Assembly: GCA_044869275.1 (NCBI GenBank)
Contig: JBIOXB010000034.1
Location: 41,968 to 105,967 of the forward strand
DNA from: a bacterium
Lineage (GTDB): Bacteria > Zhuqueibacterota > Zhuqueibacteria > Zhuqueibacterales > Zhuqueibacteraceae
Length of the DNA: 64,000 bases
Direction: 5' to 3'
The stretch's first letter is position 1, and each line of letters opens with the position of its first letter. A program made the position numbers and the translations under genes. This document shows positions 9,815-19,862 of the stretch, piece after piece. The notes beneath the pieces were generated by a model that saw only the letters and a list, made by a program, of their open reading frames with translations, searched no databases and was not told the origin of the DNA.

Positions 9815-9908
9815 TGTCATTCTGGGAGAAGCTTCTCTCAGCTAGGGCATAAAGGCCCGTTGCGCAGATAGTGCCCGGTACTTGGGAAGATTCTTTCTGA
9901 GAATGACA
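9815..9908. repeat. REP/MITE-like element with TGTCATTCT...AGAATGACA ends
   Basis: Terminal inverted repeat related to the elements at 29333, 34899 and 59264. Confidence 0.6.
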
Positions 9909-9928
9909 GGACGCGGGCCACGATGGCA

Positions 9929-12900
9929 TTACCCTTGTAACAATTTTGCTTTTCTATTTTTTCGCCCAAACAGCATACTACCCGCCATCAGCAAAATCGC
10001 TATAATCGCGGCCAGCGCTATCCAATCTCTTGCACCCCACGGCAGGGGCAGTTCTACGCGCCAATCGCGGCCGTAATAAGCAAATGCGGCCCAATCGGTG
10101 AAATCATAATTGGGGTGATTCAGTATTTCGAGCTTCGCGGTTTGCAGGGCAGCCACGGTTGATTGTCCAGCGCGCAATGCTTGGTAGTAGGCTTTGAAAA
10201 ACTCCGCTGTGGAATAATCATCGACTTTCCACAAGCTGGCGATCATGCTCGGCGTGCCGGCGGCGCGAAAAGCCTGCACAAAACCCTCAAAGCCCTCGCT
10301 TTCCACGAATGTGCCGCGCACAGTTTCGCATCCGCTCAAAACCGCTATTTTCACCGGCAAGCTCATTTGAAAAATCTCAAACGCAAAAAGCCTTTCCGGC
10401 TCACTCATACCGCGTGGCGTGGACAAAAGGATTTCGCCGAACAAGGGCTCGGCCGACTGCCAAAAACTATGGCTGGCAATGTGCAGCCAGTCGCTTTGAT
10501 GCATAGCGGGCAGCAGGGATTTGCGTGTGAGCTTAGCGCCGGTCAAATCCGTCTGGCACTTCACCAAACGGCGTATCATTTCGGCTTCCAATTCACCTAC
10601 CGTTCCTCTCGGCCAACGCGCATTGCGTGGATTTGAACCGTTGGAGTTTTCGGACTGCAATACCGGTGCGGCTGCCAGCAAGAATGATTGTACCCGCAAA
10701 TCATCCTGCTCTTCTTGTTGCAAATCAGCAAGCGTGCTGCCGTAGCGCACTGCAAAGCGTTCAATCAAAAAGAACGCATCGCTCCGCTCTGTCGAGGTGA
10801 GCGGCAAGATTTCAAAAGGCAGAGCATGCAAAACGCCGTCTGGCACGAGGGACAAAGTGGTTTCCTTGCGTTCCGCCAGAAAATCTTGCAGCAGCAGGCG
10901 ATAGAGACGGCGCGCCGCAACGGTATCAAATTTAGCCACGCTTTCCCTAATGGCGTCGGCATTCTTGGTGTTCATGCCTTTGTGAATATCCAGCAGTTGT
11001 TGCTCCAGCGCATGACGGCCTACAGCAACGGAAGCTGCGCGCAGCGTATCCGCCGCGATGAAAAAGACCAAAGTCGAGGAATCACCCACAAAGAAGGTGA
11101 GCACCATTTCTCGGCGCGCGCGTAGATTCCGGCGAAAATCATGAATGGGAAAGGGAGGTGCGTCCAGCCAAAGCGCGGCATTCATGCCGAGCACACTGTC
11201 TTGCAAAGCTGCATGCTGGCGCTCCCAGGTCGCAATTTTTGTGGCCAAACCAATTTGGAATTCCGGCGAATCCGCAACTGCTTTTTGCACACGCGCCTTT
11301 TGTAGAAGAGAATCCAACATCGCGAGCTGGCAGGCTTTTGCGCTGTCTGTTGGCGCGTGACGAAGCTGTTGCACCTGCCAGCGCCTGCGCTTGACAATCA
11401 AATCGCGCGCCCGTTCGGTTTCAGCCAAAGCCCGCTCGACCTGACCATTCTTCACATAAGCCTGGCTTAGGCCGAAAAAGATTTCGCGTTCGACACTTGA
11501 TAAGGAAGACAGATGCTGGGGGCCGAAGCGGTGCGTTTGCGTCATGGTGGTTCTTGCAGCGTCTTCATATATTTTAATGGCTTCTGCACGTTGCCCGGTT
11601 TGCCAGGCAATCTCCGCAAGCAATGAGAGAATTCTTAAATTCGTTTCATACGCTGGTGTCTCTCGTATGGTTGCCAGTGCGTGGGCTAATCTATGTTTGG
11701 CTTGGCCATACTGTTGCGCGCCCATTTCGATTTGCGCGAGCAATATTTGCGCGAGCATAAATGGCGTCATCAGGTTGGCATTTTTCGCTGCAATAGTTGA
11801 TTCTGACAACAACGCATGCGCTCGGTGAGCTTGACCGAGACGCATCGCAATTTCACCACGCAAAAGCTTCAACTTCAGCAACTGCTCGAAATTAGGTTTT
11901 TTTTGTGCGAGCTCCTGTGCCTGTTCGCAATAGTTTAGTGCTTCGGAGTACCTTCCTAGTGCAGTTAAGAAGGAAGCGAGATTCTGACAGCCGAAAGAGA
12001 AATACGAATCCAAATTTCGACTACGCACATAGGTCATGGCTTTCTGCGCAATTTCGAGCGCTTGAATTTTGCGGTCTGCCTCAAATTCAATTAGGGCGAG
12101 ATCAAACAAAAGGGAGGCTGCGCTATCTTTTAGGCCCACAGAATCAGCGATCTCAAAAGCCCTATGTGCATAAGCCAGCGCATCGTTCCTTTTCCCTCTC
12201 TCAAGAGCCAATTCTGAAAGATAATCGTAGGCGTGAAACAACAACTCGCCATCGAGATATTGTCTGGCACGCTGAGCAGCAGTCGTCAAAGTTTGCTCCG
12301 CTTTCGACCATTGGTGCTGCTGAAGCTGGATCTGGCCCAGAAGCAACATCAGCCGGCCTTCCCATACCCGATTACCAATCCTATGCGCCGATTCGAAACC
12401 TTGCTCAAGCGTTGCAATTGCTTTCTGCCATTTCCCCAGCTTAAGTTCAGCCTGAGCACGGCCATGCAACAAACGCGCTCTACCTTCTTCATCCTTTGCG
12501 ACTTGGCAATGGGCGAGGCCATCTTCATGTACATTCTTCGCTTCCTGCCAGGATTCTAGATTTCCAAGGTTATATCCAAGAGCATAGTATATGCGCCAAT
12601 GACGGTCGTTGTTTGCGAGCAGAGCGCGCAGAGTATCACGGGCCAATTTGAAATCGTTATTTTTAGAATGGCACAACGCCAAGGCAAAAACCTGCCGCCA
12701 ATTTCTATGATGCTGTTGGTACTGCCGCCGCAGCAGCTCGAACGCGGCCGCGCTGTCCTTGAGCTCAAAGCTTTTATTGACGAAGATTTCGTAGGGATAG
12801 ACGCAGTGGCTGTTTTCAACCACGGCCAGCCGTGCGTATCGCAAGCTGCTATCGGGTCTTTGCTGCGATTCCCACAGAATGGCATGGCCGCCCGCTATGT

Positions 12901-13255
12901 CGCCTTGCCAATGCTTCGCCGCCAGCAAAGAATCAAAAAACACATGTCCCGCCGCAAATCTCCTTTCATAAACAAAAACATAAGCTGCGGTTTCGTACAA
13001 GGGTGGATATATTTCTTCTTTGCGAAGCAGGCTGTCAATGCGCGCATGCGCCTCGGCGAAATCGCCCCGGCCCATGGCATAACGGACTTCCAAATAGTCG
13101 CGCGGCACCTGCAGGTCTTTCGCCGGACCTTCTTGCTTCGCCTGGCCCAAGTCTGCCAGCAGCAAAAGAATGATCACGGCGGTGCATGCCGGTCCGGGGA
13201 GGCCATGGGCGCGGCTGCGAACGGGCAGTGATTTTTTGACAAGGATGAGAGTCAT
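9929..13255 (-). CDS. TPR-CHAT (caspase-like) protein, paralog 1; signal peptide and C-terminal TM anchor
   Basis: Long TPR array; CHAT motifs LVPDGVLHALPFEIL, DWLHIASH, AVLSGCET, AFRAAG.PSMIASLWKVDD, WAAFAYYG; C-terminal IALAAIIAILLMAGSMLF+RKNRK; start 13255 (ATG) or 13324. Confidence 0.9.
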   Translation of the reverse strand: MTLILVKKSLPVRSRAHGLPGPACTAVIILLLLADLGQAKQEGPAKDLQVPRDYLEVRYAMGRGDFAEAHARIDSLLRKEEIYPPLYETAAYVFVYERRFAAGHVFFDSLLAAKHWQGDIAGGHAILWESQQRPDSSLRYARLAVVENSHCVYPYEIFVNKSFELKDSAAAFELLRRQYQQHHRNWRQVFALALCHSKNNDFKLARDTLRALLANNDRHWRIYYALGYNLGNLESWQEAKNVHEDGLAHCQVAKDEEGRARLLHGRAQAELKLGKWQKAIATLEQGFESAHRIGNRVWEGRLMLLLGQIQLQQHQWSKAEQTLTTAAQRARQYLDGELLFHAYDYLSELALERGKRNDALAYAHRAFEIADSVGLKDSAASLLFDLALIEFEADRKIQALEIAQKAMTYVRSRNLDSYFSFGCQNLASFLTALGRYSEALNYCEQAQELAQKKPNFEQLLKLKLLRGEIAMRLGQAHRAHALLSESTIAAKNANLMTPFMLAQILLAQIEMGAQQYGQAKHRLAHALATIRETPAYETNLRILSLLAEIAWQTGQRAEAIKIYEDAARTTMTQTHRFGPQHLSSLSSVEREIFFGLSQAYVKNGQVERALAETERARDLIVKRRRWQVQQLRHAPTDSAKACQLAMLDSLLQKARVQKAVADSPEFQIGLATKIATWERQHAALQDSVLGMNAALWLDAPPFPIHDFRRNLRARREMVLTFFVGDSSTLVFFIAADTLRAASVAVGRHALEQQLLDIHKGMNTKNADAIRESVAKFDTVAARRLYRLLLQDFLAERKETTLSLVPDGVLHALPFEILPLTSTERSDAFFLIERFAVRYGSTLADLQQEEQDDLRVQSFLLAAAPVLQSENSNGSNPRNARWPRGTVGELEAEMIRRLVKCQTDLTGAKLTRKSLLPAMHQSDWLHIASHSFWQSAEPLFGEILLSTPRGMSEPERLFAFEIFQMSLPVKIAVLSGCETVRGTFVESEGFEGFVQAFRAAGTPSMIASLWKVDDYSTAEFFKAYYQALRAGQSTVAALQTAKLEILNHPNYDFTDWAAFAYYGRDWRVELPLPWGARDWIALAAIIAILLMAGSMLFGRKNRKAKLLQG

Positions 13256-13326
13256 TCTGCGGCAAATACATCTTCGCTTTCCGAGCAGCGCCCTAGGGAG
13301 AGGCAAGACTGCAAAACCTAACACGA

Positions 13327-16300
13327 CTATTTATTATGAAATTTGATTTCGTGTTTTCTTAGTCTGACAGCCACTTGCCAACCGGCCAAAAACAGAACCA
13401 CAATCATTCCCGCCAGCACCAGCGCTTCCTTTATGCCCCACGGCGCCGGCAGCTGCACACGCCAGTCGCGGCCATAATAAGCAAACGCGGCCCAATGCGT
13501 GAAATCATAATTGGGGTTAGCCAGCATCTCGAGCTTCGCGGTTTGCAGCGCGCGCATGGTGGATTGCCCGGCGCGCAAAGCTTTATAGTAAGCTCTGAAG
13601 AATTCTGAAGTGGGAAAGTCATCGACCTTCCACAAGCTGGCGATCACACTGGGCGCGCCCGCGGCGCGAAATGCCTGCACAAAGCCTTCAAAGCCCTCAC
13701 TGTCCACGAACGTGCCGCGCACGGTCTCGCATCCGCTCAATACCGCCATTTGCACCGGCAGCGCCATTTGAAAAATTTCAAAAGCAAAAAGCCGTTGCGG
13801 CTCGCTCCTTCCCGGCGGCGTGACCAAATCGATCTCGCCGAACAGAGGCTCGGCCGGCCGCCAGGTGCAGTGGCTGGCAATATGCAGCCAATCGCTCTGC
13901 TGCATTGCCAGCAACAAAGAGTCACGCGTGAGATTTGCGCCGGCCAGATCCGTTTTGCATTGCACCATACTGCGAATGATTTCGGCTTCCAAATGGCCCA
14001 CGGTTCCCGCCCGCCGGTCGGCATCGCGCTGTGCGATCAAGCCATTTGTCTCCGCCGGCGGCGCGGCCGGCGCGGCCGCCAGCAAGAACGATTTCACCGG
14101 CAAATAATCCTGCCCGTCTTGTTGCAAATCCGTTAGCGTGCTGCCGTAGCGCACGGCAAAACGCTCGACCAAGAATGGCGCGCGGCCTTGTCCTGAACTG
14201 AGCGTCAGGATTTCAAACGGCAGGGCATGCAAAGCGCCATCCGGAACGATGGCCAGCGCGGTTTCAGGCCGCTGCTCGAGAAAGTCTTGCAGCAGCAGAC
14301 GATAAAGATCATGGGCCGCTGCCGTATTGAGCTGCATTTTTCCCCGCGCCAGCGGTTCGGCATGTCCGGTACTCATGCCTGCATGAATGCGCAGCAACCC
14401 CTGCTCCAAGCTTCGGCGTCCAATGGCAATGGCTGCGAACTGCAGGGTGTCGGGCGCGAGAAAAAAGACCAGAGTAGAAGAGTCTCCCACAAAAAAGCTG
14501 AGCGCGATCTCCTGGCGGGAATTCAGGCTGCGGCGAAAGTGGCTGAGGTCAAAAGGAAGCGTCTCAAGCCAGGGCTTCACGGCACCTTGCACGGCCTGTT
14601 GCTGGCGCTCCCCTTCTGCAATTTTCGCCGCCCAATCGAGCTGGAGCGAAGTCGAATTCGTGGCCGCTCTCTGCAAGCGTGCTTCTTGCAGCATGGCATC
14701 GAGGCTGGCGAGCTTGCGGATTATCGTGCTATCCCTTGAGGCATGAGCGAGCTGCTGCGCATGCCAGCGTTTGCGCTTGACGATCAGATCACGCGCCCGC
14801 TCGGTCTCGACCAAGGCGCGTGCAATCTGCCCCATCTCGGCATAGGCACGGCTCAAACTAAAAAAGACTTCACGCTCGACTCGCGACAAGGAAGACAGAT
14901 GCTCCGACCCAAAGCCCGGCATTTGCGCAAGGATGATTTTGAGCGCATCTTCATATACTTTGAGTGCCTGCGGCCGTTCTCCGGTCCGCCACGCGATCTC
15001 AGCAAACAACGCGAGCATTCTCAGGTTCGTTTCATAGGCCGGTGTTTCAGGCAATGCCGCCAAGGTGCCGGCCAATCTTTGTTTCGCCTGGCGGTATTGT
15101 CCGGCACCCATCTCTCTTTGTGCAAATAGTATTTGTGCTTCGGTAAACGCCGCCATCAGCCCGGCATGCCGTGCTGACTCGGCCGCTTCGGCCAAGAGCG
15201 CGCGCGCTTCGCGCGTGCGTTTCAGAGGAAATAAAATTTTGGCGCGCAGCAATTTCAAATTCAACAATTGTTCGGCATTATTTCTTTTTCCCGCCAAACG
15301 CTGTGCTGCTTCGCAATGCAACAAGGCTTCTGGGTGTTTTCCCAGCAGATCCAAATTGCAGGCCAGATTTTGATGAAGATAAGGCAATTGCCAATCCAGC
15401 CCGTGGGCCAGTGCATATTGCAAGGCTTCTTGCAAGAGCTCGAGCGCTTGCGCTTCGCGGCCGGCGGACAATTCAATGAGCGCGACACGTTGTATGAGCG
15501 ATCCGGCGTAGGTCTTCATGCCCAGAGAATCGGCAACGTGATAGGCCATATACGTATATTGGAGCGCTTCGCTCCTCTTGCCAATATTGTCGGCCAATTG
15601 CGACAAGTAATAATAGGCATGCAGCAAGAGATCGCCCAGGGCATAGTTCCGGGCGCACTGGACGACGGCCTCGAAAGTTTGCCGCGCCTGCAACCATTGC
15701 TGCTGCTTGAGTTGAATCTCGCCCAGCAAAGAAAGCAGCCAGCCTTCACGCAAACGATTGCCGATGCGGCGCGTCAAATCCAAGCCCTGCTGCAAAGTCG
15801 CCACCGCCGCTTGCCACTGTCCCAATGCCTGTTCTGCCTGGGCGCGGCCGTATAACAACCGCACCTTCCCCTCCTCGTCATTCACCTGGTCACAATAAGC
15901 AAGGCCTTCATCATAAGCCCTCTTTGCTTCCTGCCAAGAGGCGGTGAGCCACAAGCCCTGTCCCAAAGAAAAATAAATTCGCCAATGCCTGATATTGCTC
16001 GCAAGCAGAGCACGCAAGGTATCCACTGCTACTTTGTGCTGGCTGTGCAGGGAATACCATGAAGCGATGGCATAAGCCAGCCGCCAGTTTTCCGGACGCT
16101 GCGGGCGCCATCGCTGCAGGAGCTCAAGTGCCGCCTGGTTACTTTTACACTCGAAACTCTTCTCCACAAAGATTTCGTAGGGATAGACACACTGGCTGTT
16201 TTCGAGCACGGCCAGCCTGGCGTACTTCACGGTGCTGTCTGGCCGCTGCTGCGTGAGCCAAAGAATGGCGTGACCGCCAGCGACATTGCCTTGATGGTGC

Positions 16301-16647
16301 CCGGCCGCCAGTAATGAATCAAAGAACGCATGCCCGGCGACGAATCTTCGTTGGTAAACGTAAATATAAGCCGTAGTCTCGTAGAGAGGGGGATAGACAT
16401 CTTTTTCCTGGAGCAGGCGCACCGTCAGTCGATGCGCTTCGGCGTAGTCGCCTCTTCCCATGGCTAAACGAACCTGGGGGTAGGTTTGGGGCATTTGCTG
16501 CTCCCGCGCCGCGCTGGGGCTGCCGGCGGACAAAGCGCAAACCGCGAGGGCAATGGCTGCCGGTTGGCGCAGAAACAGGATACACCTCGCCCTGGGGTTA
16601 GGTGCGCTGGTAGAATCGGAAATCCTTGGGGAAATGGCACTGATCAT
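13327..16647 (-). CDS. TPR-CHAT (caspase-like) protein, paralog 2; signal peptide and C-terminal TM anchor
   Basis: Same architecture: AAIALAVCALSAGSPSAA signal, TPRs, IVPDGALHALPFEIL, WLHIASH, VLSGCET, SLWKVDD, TM ALVLAGMIVVLFLAGW+RLRK. Confidence 0.9.
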   Translation of the reverse strand: MISAISPRISDSTSAPNPRARCILFLRQPAAIALAVCALSAGSPSAAREQQMPQTYPQVRLAMGRGDYAEAHRLTVRLLQEKDVYPPLYETTAYIYVYQRRFVAGHAFFDSLLAAGHHQGNVAGGHAILWLTQQRPDSTVKYARLAVLENSQCVYPYEIFVEKSFECKSNQAALELLQRWRPQRPENWRLAYAIASWYSLHSQHKVAVDTLRALLASNIRHWRIYFSLGQGLWLTASWQEAKRAYDEGLAYCDQVNDEEGKVRLLYGRAQAEQALGQWQAAVATLQQGLDLTRRIGNRLREGWLLSLLGEIQLKQQQWLQARQTFEAVVQCARNYALGDLLLHAYYYLSQLADNIGKRSEALQYTYMAYHVADSLGMKTYAGSLIQRVALIELSAGREAQALELLQEALQYALAHGLDWQLPYLHQNLACNLDLLGKHPEALLHCEAAQRLAGKRNNAEQLLNLKLLRAKILFPLKRTREARALLAEAAESARHAGLMAAFTEAQILFAQREMGAGQYRQAKQRLAGTLAALPETPAYETNLRMLALFAEIAWRTGERPQALKVYEDALKIILAQMPGFGSEHLSSLSRVEREVFFSLSRAYAEMGQIARALVETERARDLIVKRKRWHAQQLAHASRDSTIIRKLASLDAMLQEARLQRAATNSTSLQLDWAAKIAEGERQQQAVQGAVKPWLETLPFDLSHFRRSLNSRQEIALSFFVGDSSTLVFFLAPDTLQFAAIAIGRRSLEQGLLRIHAGMSTGHAEPLARGKMQLNTAAAHDLYRLLLQDFLEQRPETALAIVPDGALHALPFEILTLSSGQGRAPFLVERFAVRYGSTLTDLQQDGQDYLPVKSFLLAAAPAAPPAETNGLIAQRDADRRAGTVGHLEAEIIRSMVQCKTDLAGANLTRDSLLLAMQQSDWLHIASHCTWRPAEPLFGEIDLVTPPGRSEPQRLFAFEIFQMALPVQMAVLSGCETVRGTFVDSEGFEGFVQAFRAAGAPSVIASLWKVDDFPTSEFFRAYYKALRAGQSTMRALQTAKLEMLANPNYDFTHWAAFAYYGRDWRVQLPAPWGIKEALVLAGMIVVLFLAGWQVAVRLRKHEIKFHNK

Positions 16648-16789
16648 GTTTTTCGATTTTAAACAATAGTTTCCTCGTCACCCGGAAGCCCTCCTGGCCG
16701 GCGTTGCGGAAGAGAGACAACGCTTCGATAGACCTTGCCAAATTCACCAAGATTCTCTCAGACTGTCATCAGGCTGAAGCGGCCGTAAA

Positions 16790-17848
16790 TTATCGCCACT
16801 CCTCCATGATTTCCTCGAACGCCGCACGACCGGGGCGTACGCGCGACTCCGGCAGGGTGGCCAGCGGCGCGTCGATCATGTTCAAGACCTCGATGAAATC
16901 CGGCGAGGTCGTGGTGATATAGACCACACCGGTAAGCACCTCGCCTTTTTCACGGGCCTCGGCCAGGCGGCGCAGGGCATCGAACTTTTGCGAGGGATCG
17001 TAATTTTCCGGCAGCTTGCTGAGCAGCAAGCGCGAGCCGTCGTGCAATTCCACTTCTTTCGTCGTACCCGGCTCATACTCGACGGTAATGTCCTCAAAAA
17101 ACGGCACGAACCCGAGATCGCTCAATTTTTCTTCGTGATCCTTTACGTAGCTGTAGCTTTTGGTCGAGCCTTCGTGATCGTTGAAGGTGACACAGGGCGA
17201 AATGATGTCGAGCAGCGCCGTGCCGCGGTGTGAGATGGCCGCTTTCAAAATAGTGGTCAATTGCTTCTTGTCGCCGGAAAACGCGCGCGCCACGAACGTG
17301 GCGCCGAGATCGATGGCCATAGCGCAGGTATCCACGCCCGGCAGATCGTTGATCACCCCGGTTTTTAGTTTCGAGCCGCGCTCGGCCGTGGCGGAAAACT
17401 GGCCCTTGGTCAAGCCATACACGCCGTTGTCTTCAATAATATAGATCATGGGCAGATTGCGGCGCATCAAATGCACGAACTGCCCCATGCCGATGGAGGC
17501 GGTGTCGCCGTCGCCGCTCACTCCTAGAATGAACAGATCGCGATTGGCCAGTGCCGCGCCGGTGGCCACCGCCGGCATGCGGCCATGCACGGCGTTGAAG
17601 CCGTGCGAAGGCTCGAGAAAATACGCCGGCGATTTGCTGGAGCAGCCGATGCCGGAAAACTTGGCGACGTGATACGGATCGACACCCATTTCATAAAACG
17701 CATCGATGATGCGCTCGGAAATCGCATTGTGGCCGCAGCCGGCGCACAGCGTGGTTTTGCCGCCGCGATATACGCTTTGTTCTAAACCCAGGCGGTTGAC
17801 CTTGGGCTTGGGCGCGGAGGGGGGCAGTGTTTCAGTGGCGAGAGCCAT
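16790..17848 (-). CDS. korB: 2-oxoacid:ferredoxin oxidoreductase beta subunit
   Basis: LCAGCGH, SGIGCSSK, HGRMP, SGDGD TPP motif, NGVYGLTKGQ, SPCVTFN. Confidence 0.93.
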   Translation of the reverse strand: MALATETLPPSAPKPKVNRLGLEQSVYRGGKTTLCAGCGHNAISERIIDAFYEMGVDPYHVAKFSGIGCSSKSPAYFLEPSHGFNAVHGRMPAVATGAALANRDLFILGVSGDGDTASIGMGQFVHLMRRNLPMIYIIEDNGVYGLTKGQFSATAERGSKLKTGVINDLPGVDTCAMAIDLGATFVARAFSGDKKQLTTILKAAISHRGTALLDIISPCVTFNDHEGSTKSYSYVKDHEEKLSDLGFVPFFEDITVEYEPGTTKEVELHDGSRLLLSKLPENYDPSQKFDALRRLAEAREKGEVLTGVVYITTTSPDFIEVLNMIDAPLATLPESRVRPGRAAFEEIMEEWR

Positions 17849-19688
17849 TGGTATTCTCCTGGGATAAAATGTCGTTGACGAGGGCGCGCGCTGTGACCGG
17901 CAGGCCGGTATAGTAGCGCACGCTGCGCAGCCTGGGCCCGAGCTCGGCGGCGAGCTCCAAGCGCAACAGGCTGTGCATTTGGCCGTCGCGATTTTGGTCG
18001 ATGACGTAAATGCGCTCGTGCCGTTTGATGAAGTCCGAGACTTCGCCGTTGAAGGGAAAAGCGCGCAGGCGCAGATAGCTGGTTTCCAATTGCAATTCGT
18101 TCTCCATCATTTCGCGTGCTTCTTGAATCGCGTAATGGCTGGTGCCGTAGCCGATGATGCCGATTTCGGCAGTGGGTTGCATTTCAATCTCCGGCCGCGG
18201 CACATGCGCGCGCGCGGTGTCGAATTTCTTCGCGAGGCGATCCACGTTTTTGCGATAATCGCCCGGCCGCTCGGAATATTGCGCGCGCTCGTTGTGGCCG
18301 CTGCCGCGCGTGAAATACGGCGCCAGGCGGTGTTTGGTCAGCGGCAGCGTGCGATATGGAATGCCGTCGCCGTCGGCGTCGCGGTAGCGCGCAAACTCGC
18401 CGGCCTTTTCCAAATCTGCGGCGGACAAGACTTTGCCGCGCGCGATCGGCTTCTCCGGATATTCGAAAGCATCGGACATCCACAAATTCATGCCCAGATC
18501 CAAATCACTCATCACGAATACCGGCGTTTGAAATTTTTCGGCGAGATCGAAAGCTTCGATGGCCATGGCGAAACATTCGGCCACGGAATTGGGCAGCAAC
18601 ATGAGGTGTTTGGTGTCGCCGTGCGAAAGATACGCGGTCGATAAAATGTCGCCTTGCATGGTGCGCGTGGGCAAGCCGGTCGAAGGACCGACGCGCTGGA
18701 TGTCGAAAATGACCACGGGTATTTCCGCGTAATAACCCAGGCCCACGAATTCCGACATCAAGGAAATGCCCGGCCCGGAGGTGGAGGTCATGGCGCGTGC
18801 GCCGGCCCAGCCCGCGCCCAGAGCCATGCCCACCGCGGCCAGTTCATCCTCCGCCTGCACGATGGCAAACGTGGCCTTCTTGGTTTCAGGATCCAAACGA
18901 TAGCGCTTGGCATAGTCGATGAACGTTTCGCACAAGGACGAAGAAGGCGTGATCGGATACCAGGTGGCCACCGTCGCGCCTGCGAACATACAACCGAGCG
19001 CCGCTGCGGCATTGCCATCGATAATGAGCTTGCCCGCGGTCTTGTTCAAACGCTCGACGCGATAAGGGTCCCTTTTGACGAGATTTTTCTCCGCGTAAGC
19101 GTAGCCGGCTTTGGCCGCATCCATGTTCATGGCCGCGGCCTTGGCCTTGCTCTTGAATTGTTTGAGCAGGGCCTTTTCGATTTCCGCCATGTCAATGCCG
19201 AGCAAATACGCCAGCACGCCGTCGTAAATCATGTTGCGTACGAGCTTGCGCAATTTCGGCACGGGACATACGGGCGCGACGAGCTTGTCGAACGGCACGG
19301 GATAAAAAATGACGTCCTGGCGCAGCTTGTCGGAGGCGAGCGGCTCATCAAAAACCACGACGGCACCGGCTTCCGCCGTCATCACGTCTTCGTGCGCAGT
19401 GTCGGAATTCATCACCACCAGAATCTCATTGCGCTCGCGCCGCGCGATGTGACCGTCTTTATTGACGCGTATGGTGAACCAGGTCGGCAAGCCTTGAATA
19501 TTGGAAGGAAATAAGTTTTTGCCCGAGACCGGAATGCCCATCTGAAAGATGGCGCGCAGCAGCACCAAGTTCGAGCTTTGGCTGCCGGTGCCGTTGGCGG
19601 TGGCGACGTGGATGCTGAAGTCATTGATGCAGGGATGGCCATTCCGCGAAAGCGTGCTGGGCGCAGGTGCAGCAGCAACAGGTTCCAC
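17832..19688 (-). CDS. korA: 2-oxoacid:acceptor oxidoreductase alpha subunit (fused gamma domain)
   Basis: WYPITPSS, QAEDELAA, TSTSGPGISLM, QRVGPSTGLPT. Confidence 0.93.
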   Translation of the reverse strand: MEPVAAAPAPSTLSRNGHPCINDFSIHVATANGTGSQSSNLVLLRAIFQMGIPVSGKNLFPSNIQGLPTWFTIRVNKDGHIARRERNEILVVMNSDTAHEDVMTAEAGAVVVFDEPLASDKLRQDVIFYPVPFDKLVAPVCPVPKLRKLVRNMIYDGVLAYLLGIDMAEIEKALLKQFKSKAKAAAMNMDAAKAGYAYAEKNLVKRDPYRVERLNKTAGKLIIDGNAAAALGCMFAGATVATWYPITPSSSLCETFIDYAKRYRLDPETKKATFAIVQAEDELAAVGMALGAGWAGARAMTSTSGPGISLMSEFVGLGYYAEIPVVIFDIQRVGPSTGLPTRTMQGDILSTAYLSHGDTKHLMLLPNSVAECFAMAIEAFDLAEKFQTPVFVMSDLDLGMNLWMSDAFEYPEKPIARGKVLSAADLEKAGEFARYRDADGDGIPYRTLPLTKHRLAPYFTRGSGHNERAQYSERPGDYRKNVDRLAKKFDTARAHVPRPEIEMQPTAEIGIIGYGTSHYAIQEAREMMENELQLETSYLRLRAFPFNGEVSDFIKRHERIYVIDQNRDGQMHSLLRLELAAELGPRLRSVRYYTGLPVTARALVNDILSQENTNGSRH

Positions 19689-19862
19689 GATGTTCCTCTC
19701 CGAAGATAAACAAGCAATTGAGGTGATTTATACCCAAAAACCGCAATGGCAAATCCGCACGGCGAAAGCCATGGCGCTTGCGGCGCGTGTTGCATTTGCA
19801 AGAGCAGGTTTTGCAGATGTTCAACAAAGAATTATAAAATATAGCGAGGGAAGAGGCGAAAA

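Noticed and set aside
9395..9871. 158-aa + ORF overlapping the small lipoprotein
   Set aside because: No RBS or motif; runs through a terminator and a REP element; the 9358 frame has a proper RBS and lipobox
9929..16647. CRISPR type III-E (Craspase) or gasdermin locus interpretation of the CHAT genes
   Set aside because: No cas genes, CRISPR array or gasdermin-like ORF in the window, and the CHAT proteins appear exported
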